DNA of 6,561 nucleotides from a virus, in IMG/VR virus record IMGVR_UViG_3300007790_001770, positions 1 through 6,561 of that record. One strand, given 5' to 3'. Below the pieces are notes generated by a model that was not told the origin of the DNA, made no database searches, and was given only the letters and a program-made list of their open reading frames with translations. Positions 5,255-6,561 of the stretch are shown piece after piece. The stretch's first letter is position 1. Each line of letters starts with the position of its first letter. Made by a program: the position numbers and the translations under genes.

Positions 5255-5349
5255 TGGAGCGGCTACTGTACTGGATCGCCTTGCTGGTGATGGCCCTGTT
5301 TGTGTTTGTGTTGGTGTTTGTGTTGTTCGGGTTGTATCGACTTAACTAA
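5254..5349 (+). CDS. 31-aa single-pass transmembrane micro-protein (MERLLYWIALLVMALFVFVLVFVLFGLYRLN)
   Basis: A GGAGGGG SD (5241..5247) lies 6 nt upstream. The ATG overlaps the upstream TGA (TGATG at 5252..5256). TAA is at 5347..5349. The ORF is not in the track, which instead lists an alternative-frame ORF 5154..5345 across the same G/T-rich tract. Confidence 0.5.
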   Translation: MERLLYWIALLVMALFVFVLVFVLFGLYRLN

Positions 5350-5364
5350 CGAAAGGATTCGTCA

Positions 5365-5811
5365 ATGAGTACACCGTATCAAGAGGCTATGCACTGGATC
5401 GAGGTCGAGGGCTATTCCACCGGCAGCGCGTTTAGCCTGGCGAAGCTGATCCTCTCCCTGTACAACGACCAGTGCGGATTTGCGATCAGCGAATGTATCG
5501 GCAACCTCGATCCCCGACTTACTCGTTTGGCCCTGGCGATGGTGGAGCATTACGCGCGTCACGGCGAGCACCCCGAGCTGCTTCGTGCGGGGAAGAAGAT
5601 CGCCGACGACCTGTATCCGCGCTTGTGGGAACAGGGCGTGGCAATGGCTGAAGTGCGCGCCGAGTTGCGCCGGCGATGGGAGCGCGAAGCCGAGGCTGAA
5701 AATCAGTGTGAGGATCCGGATATGTGCCTTTCCTGTAATGGCACCGGTCAGTTTGACGGCGAGGATTGTCTCCGTTGCCAAGGAACTGGTTTCTTGCCGG
5801 AAGGCGAATAG
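5365..5811 (+). CDS. Hypothetical protein with a C-terminal DnaJ-type zinc-knuckle pair (2 x CxxCxGxG)
   Basis: An AAAGGA SD (5352..5357) lies 7 nt upstream. The 148-aa product has GC-rich third codon positions. The C-terminus is CLSCNGTGQFDGEDCLRCQGTG. The N-terminal roughly 110 aa is helical-looking with no motif I can name confidently. Confidence 0.75.
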   Translation: MSTPYQEAMHWIEVEGYSTGSAFSLAKLILSLYNDQCGFAISECIGNLDPRLTRLALAMVEHYARHGEHPELLRAGKKIADDLYPRLWEQGVAMAEVRAELRRRWEREAEAENQCEDPDMCLSCNGTGQFDGEDCLRCQGTGFLPEGE

Positions 5812-5869
5812 GCCTTGTTGCAAAGCTCGCCCAACTAGCCGTTGAGTTCTCGAGGTGGGCGCGCCAGCG

Positions 5870-5950
5870 GGCCGGTTTTTCGCTTTAGCGGCCTGTCGCC
5901 CGTTGAGGGCGACACCCACCGTATCCCCGGCGGTCCTCCAGACCGTCCGG
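5870..5950 (+). other. Cluster of three consecutive stem-loops in the rep-upstream intergenic region (candidate ssDNA origin / packaging-signal structures)
   Basis: Stem-loop 1 is GGCCG/CGGCC (5870..5893, 14-nt loop). Stem-loop 2 is a perfect 7-bp stem GTCGCCC-gttga-GGGCGAC (5895..5913). Stem-loop 3 is CCGGCGG/CCG(T)CCGG, a 7-bp stem with one bulge (5927..5950). Confidence 0.5.
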
Positions 5951-5988
5951 CCACGTACAGTTGGGCTGAGGTAAAATGTTGCTCGCCC

Positions 5989-6028
5989 GGAAAGTTTCCA
6001 ACTTTACGTGCCTGTAACACGTAAAGTT
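5989..6028 (+). promoter_or_regulatory. Palindrome GGAAAgTTTCC followed by a perfect 11-bp inverted repeat AACTTTACGTG-N7-CACGTAAAGTT, 30 nt upstream of the rep start
   Basis: The palindrome is at 5989..5999. The IR arms are at 6000..6010 and 6018..6028 with loop cctgtaa. This is the longest perfect inverted repeat I found in the window. Confidence 0.55.
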
Positions 6029-6057
6029 ATTACCAAAATTGAGGAAGGAACCCGCGC

Positions 6058-6561
6058 ATGGGGGGGGTTTTCTGCGATTGGTTGTCGATCTATCAGGTGC
6101 ATCTGGGCGGTGTCCCGGTCGTCAATTCAGGACATGTGTTTTCGGTTGATCAGGATGGTGTCGTACAGTGGGATGTGCCGCAAAAACTGGTGCACAGAGG
6201 TTCGCATGACACGTCGATACGCATCCGTTCGGATGGCCACCGCGTTTCTCTGGAAGGGAACATCGGTCGGTTTGATCGTTCTGACAACTTGTTCGGTTAC
6301 TCGGTGCTAGAGTGCGTGAGGCTGGCAAATCGTTTGCTGGCACAGTTCGGCCTTCCTCCGTTCTCGGATGCTGCACCTATGCCGCTGGTCAAAAAGGTCG
6401 GGGCCAGTGGCGACGTCGACGGCGGCTTTCAAGCGGTCGGTGCCGTCATCACGCGCATCGACCTCACTTGCAACTGGTCGACTGGCTCGCCCGGCAATTG
6501 CGAGCAGTTCATTCGTTATCTGCAAGGCTTCAAGTCGGGACGGCAGGAGCCGCGTTCGTAC
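6058..6561 (+). CDS. Rolling-circle replication initiation protein (gpII-like), N-terminal part; the ORF runs off the window end and continues at position 92 via the circular junction
   Basis: ATG at 6058 is the first start after an in-frame TGA at 6040..6042. A GAGGAAGG Shine-Dalgarno sits at 6041..6048. 168 codons are open to the window end (MGGVFCDWLSIYQVHLGG...). The reading phase at 6471 matches the phase of the ORF ending at 619. The ORF has no stop inside the window, so it is absent from the ORF track. Confidence 0.85.
   Translation, partial: MGGVFCDWLSIYQVHLGGVPVVNSGHVFSVDQDGVVQWDVPQKLVHRGSHDTSIRIRSDGHRVSLEGNIGRFDRSDNLFGYSVLECVRLANRLLAQFGLPPFSDAAPMPLVKKVGASGDVDGGFQAVGAVITRIDLTCNWSTGSPGNCEQFIRYLQGFKSGRQEPRSY
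6471..6561 (+). repeat. Terminal direct repeat, copy B (identical to 1..91)
   Basis: This is the same 91-mer as 1..91. It is typical of a circular molecule linearised with an assembly overlap. Confidence 0.97.

Larger units (their letters stand above)
1..6561 (+). mobile_element. Complete filamentous-phage (inovirus-like) replicon, circularly permuted; unique unit 6470 nt plus 91-nt terminal redundancy
   Basis: The gene order is Rep, ssDNA-binding protein, small membrane protein, signal-peptide major coat protein, terminator, large Cys/Pro-rich adsorption protein, small membrane protein, Zot-like P-loop ATPase. All of these are on one strand and tightly packed. The ends are identical and restore one intact Rep ORF when joined. 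Confidence 0.85.

Noticed and set aside
5154-5345. 63-aa ORF (MRIRRKSRCW...VCVCVGVCVV) in the track
   Set aside because: It is an alternative frame of the coiled-coil gene and of the G/T hexamer tract, and it has no SD. The frame starting at 5254 has an SD, stop-start coupling and a coherent TM peptide.
5858-5865. GGCGCGCC and nearby CTCGAG (5849..5854) palindromes; 10-mer GCTCGCCCGG repeated at 15..24 and 5981..5990; CCGTTGAG at 5839 and 5900
   Set aside because: Short palindromes and 8-10-mer repeats of this kind are expected by chance in 6.5 kb of GC-rich sequence. No supporting context was found.
5362-5919. 185-aa minus-strand ORF opposite the zinc-knuckle gene
   Set aside because: The + strand ORF has an SD, GC-rich third positions and a paired CxxCxGxG motif. 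The minus-strand product has no motif, and it extends into the hairpin-rich intergenic region.
5955-5977. Possible rep promoter using TAAAAT (5972..5977) as the -10 box
   Set aside because: There is no acceptable -35 hexamer at 16-18 nt spacing (GGCCAC is at the right distance; TTGGGC is only 5 nt away) and no extended -10 TG. It is too weak to call from sequence alone.
5835-6310. Short ORFs 5842..6024 (+), 5835..6020 (-) and 6008..6310 (+)
   Set aside because: The first two lie in the hairpin-dense intergenic region, start at non-ATG or unsupported codons and encode Pro/Gly/Arg-rich peptides. The third is out of frame with the Rep ORF that starts at 6058 with an SD.
1-6561. Search for tRNA, rRNA, CRISPR arrays, IS elements and toxin-antitoxin pairs
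   Set aside because: No cloverleaf-compatible segments, no regularly spaced repeat-spacer array, no transposase-like ORF or terminal IS inverted repeats were seen. The RHH protein has no adjacent toxin-sized partner gene.

Overview
The window is one complete, circularly permuted genome of a filamentous ssDNA phage (Inoviridae-like). Bases 1..91 are identical to bases 6471..6561, so the unique unit is 6470 nt. The linear cut falls inside the replication-initiator gene. That gene starts at 6058 and ends at 619 across the junction (1032 nt, 343 aa), and the ORF track does not show it as one ORF.

The + strand carries a canonical inovirus core:
- rolling-circle Rep (gpII-like)
- ssDNA-binding protein (gpV-like, 887..1186)
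- an 81-aa small membrane protein
- major coat protein with signal peptide (gpVIII-like, 1432..1632)
- a strong intrinsic terminator (1656..1677)
- an unannotated 22-aa micro-ORF
- a 486-aa Cys- and Pro/Thr-rich adsorption protein (gpIII-like)
- a gpVI-like membrane protein
- a Zot/gpI-like assembly ATPase (3519..4721)

One gene lies on the - strand. It is a 65-aa ribbon-helix-helix regulator (561..758), convergent with the 3' end of rep and divergent from an AT-rich promoter/repeat region.

Between gpI and rep, where Ff phages carry the secretin gene, sits an accessory cassette of unknown function:
- a basic-region/coiled-coil protein (4904..5254)
- a translationally coupled 31-aa transmembrane micro-protein (5254..5349, absent from the ORF track)
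- a 148-aa protein ending in two DnaJ-type CxxCxGxG zinc-knuckle motifs (5365..5811)

Two structured non-coding regions flank this cassette (4722..4903, iteron-like repeats; 5812..6057, hairpin cluster plus a perfect 11-bp inverted repeat). No secretin, integrase, tRNA, rRNA or CRISPR array is present. All homology statements come from reading motifs by eye, and no database search was run.
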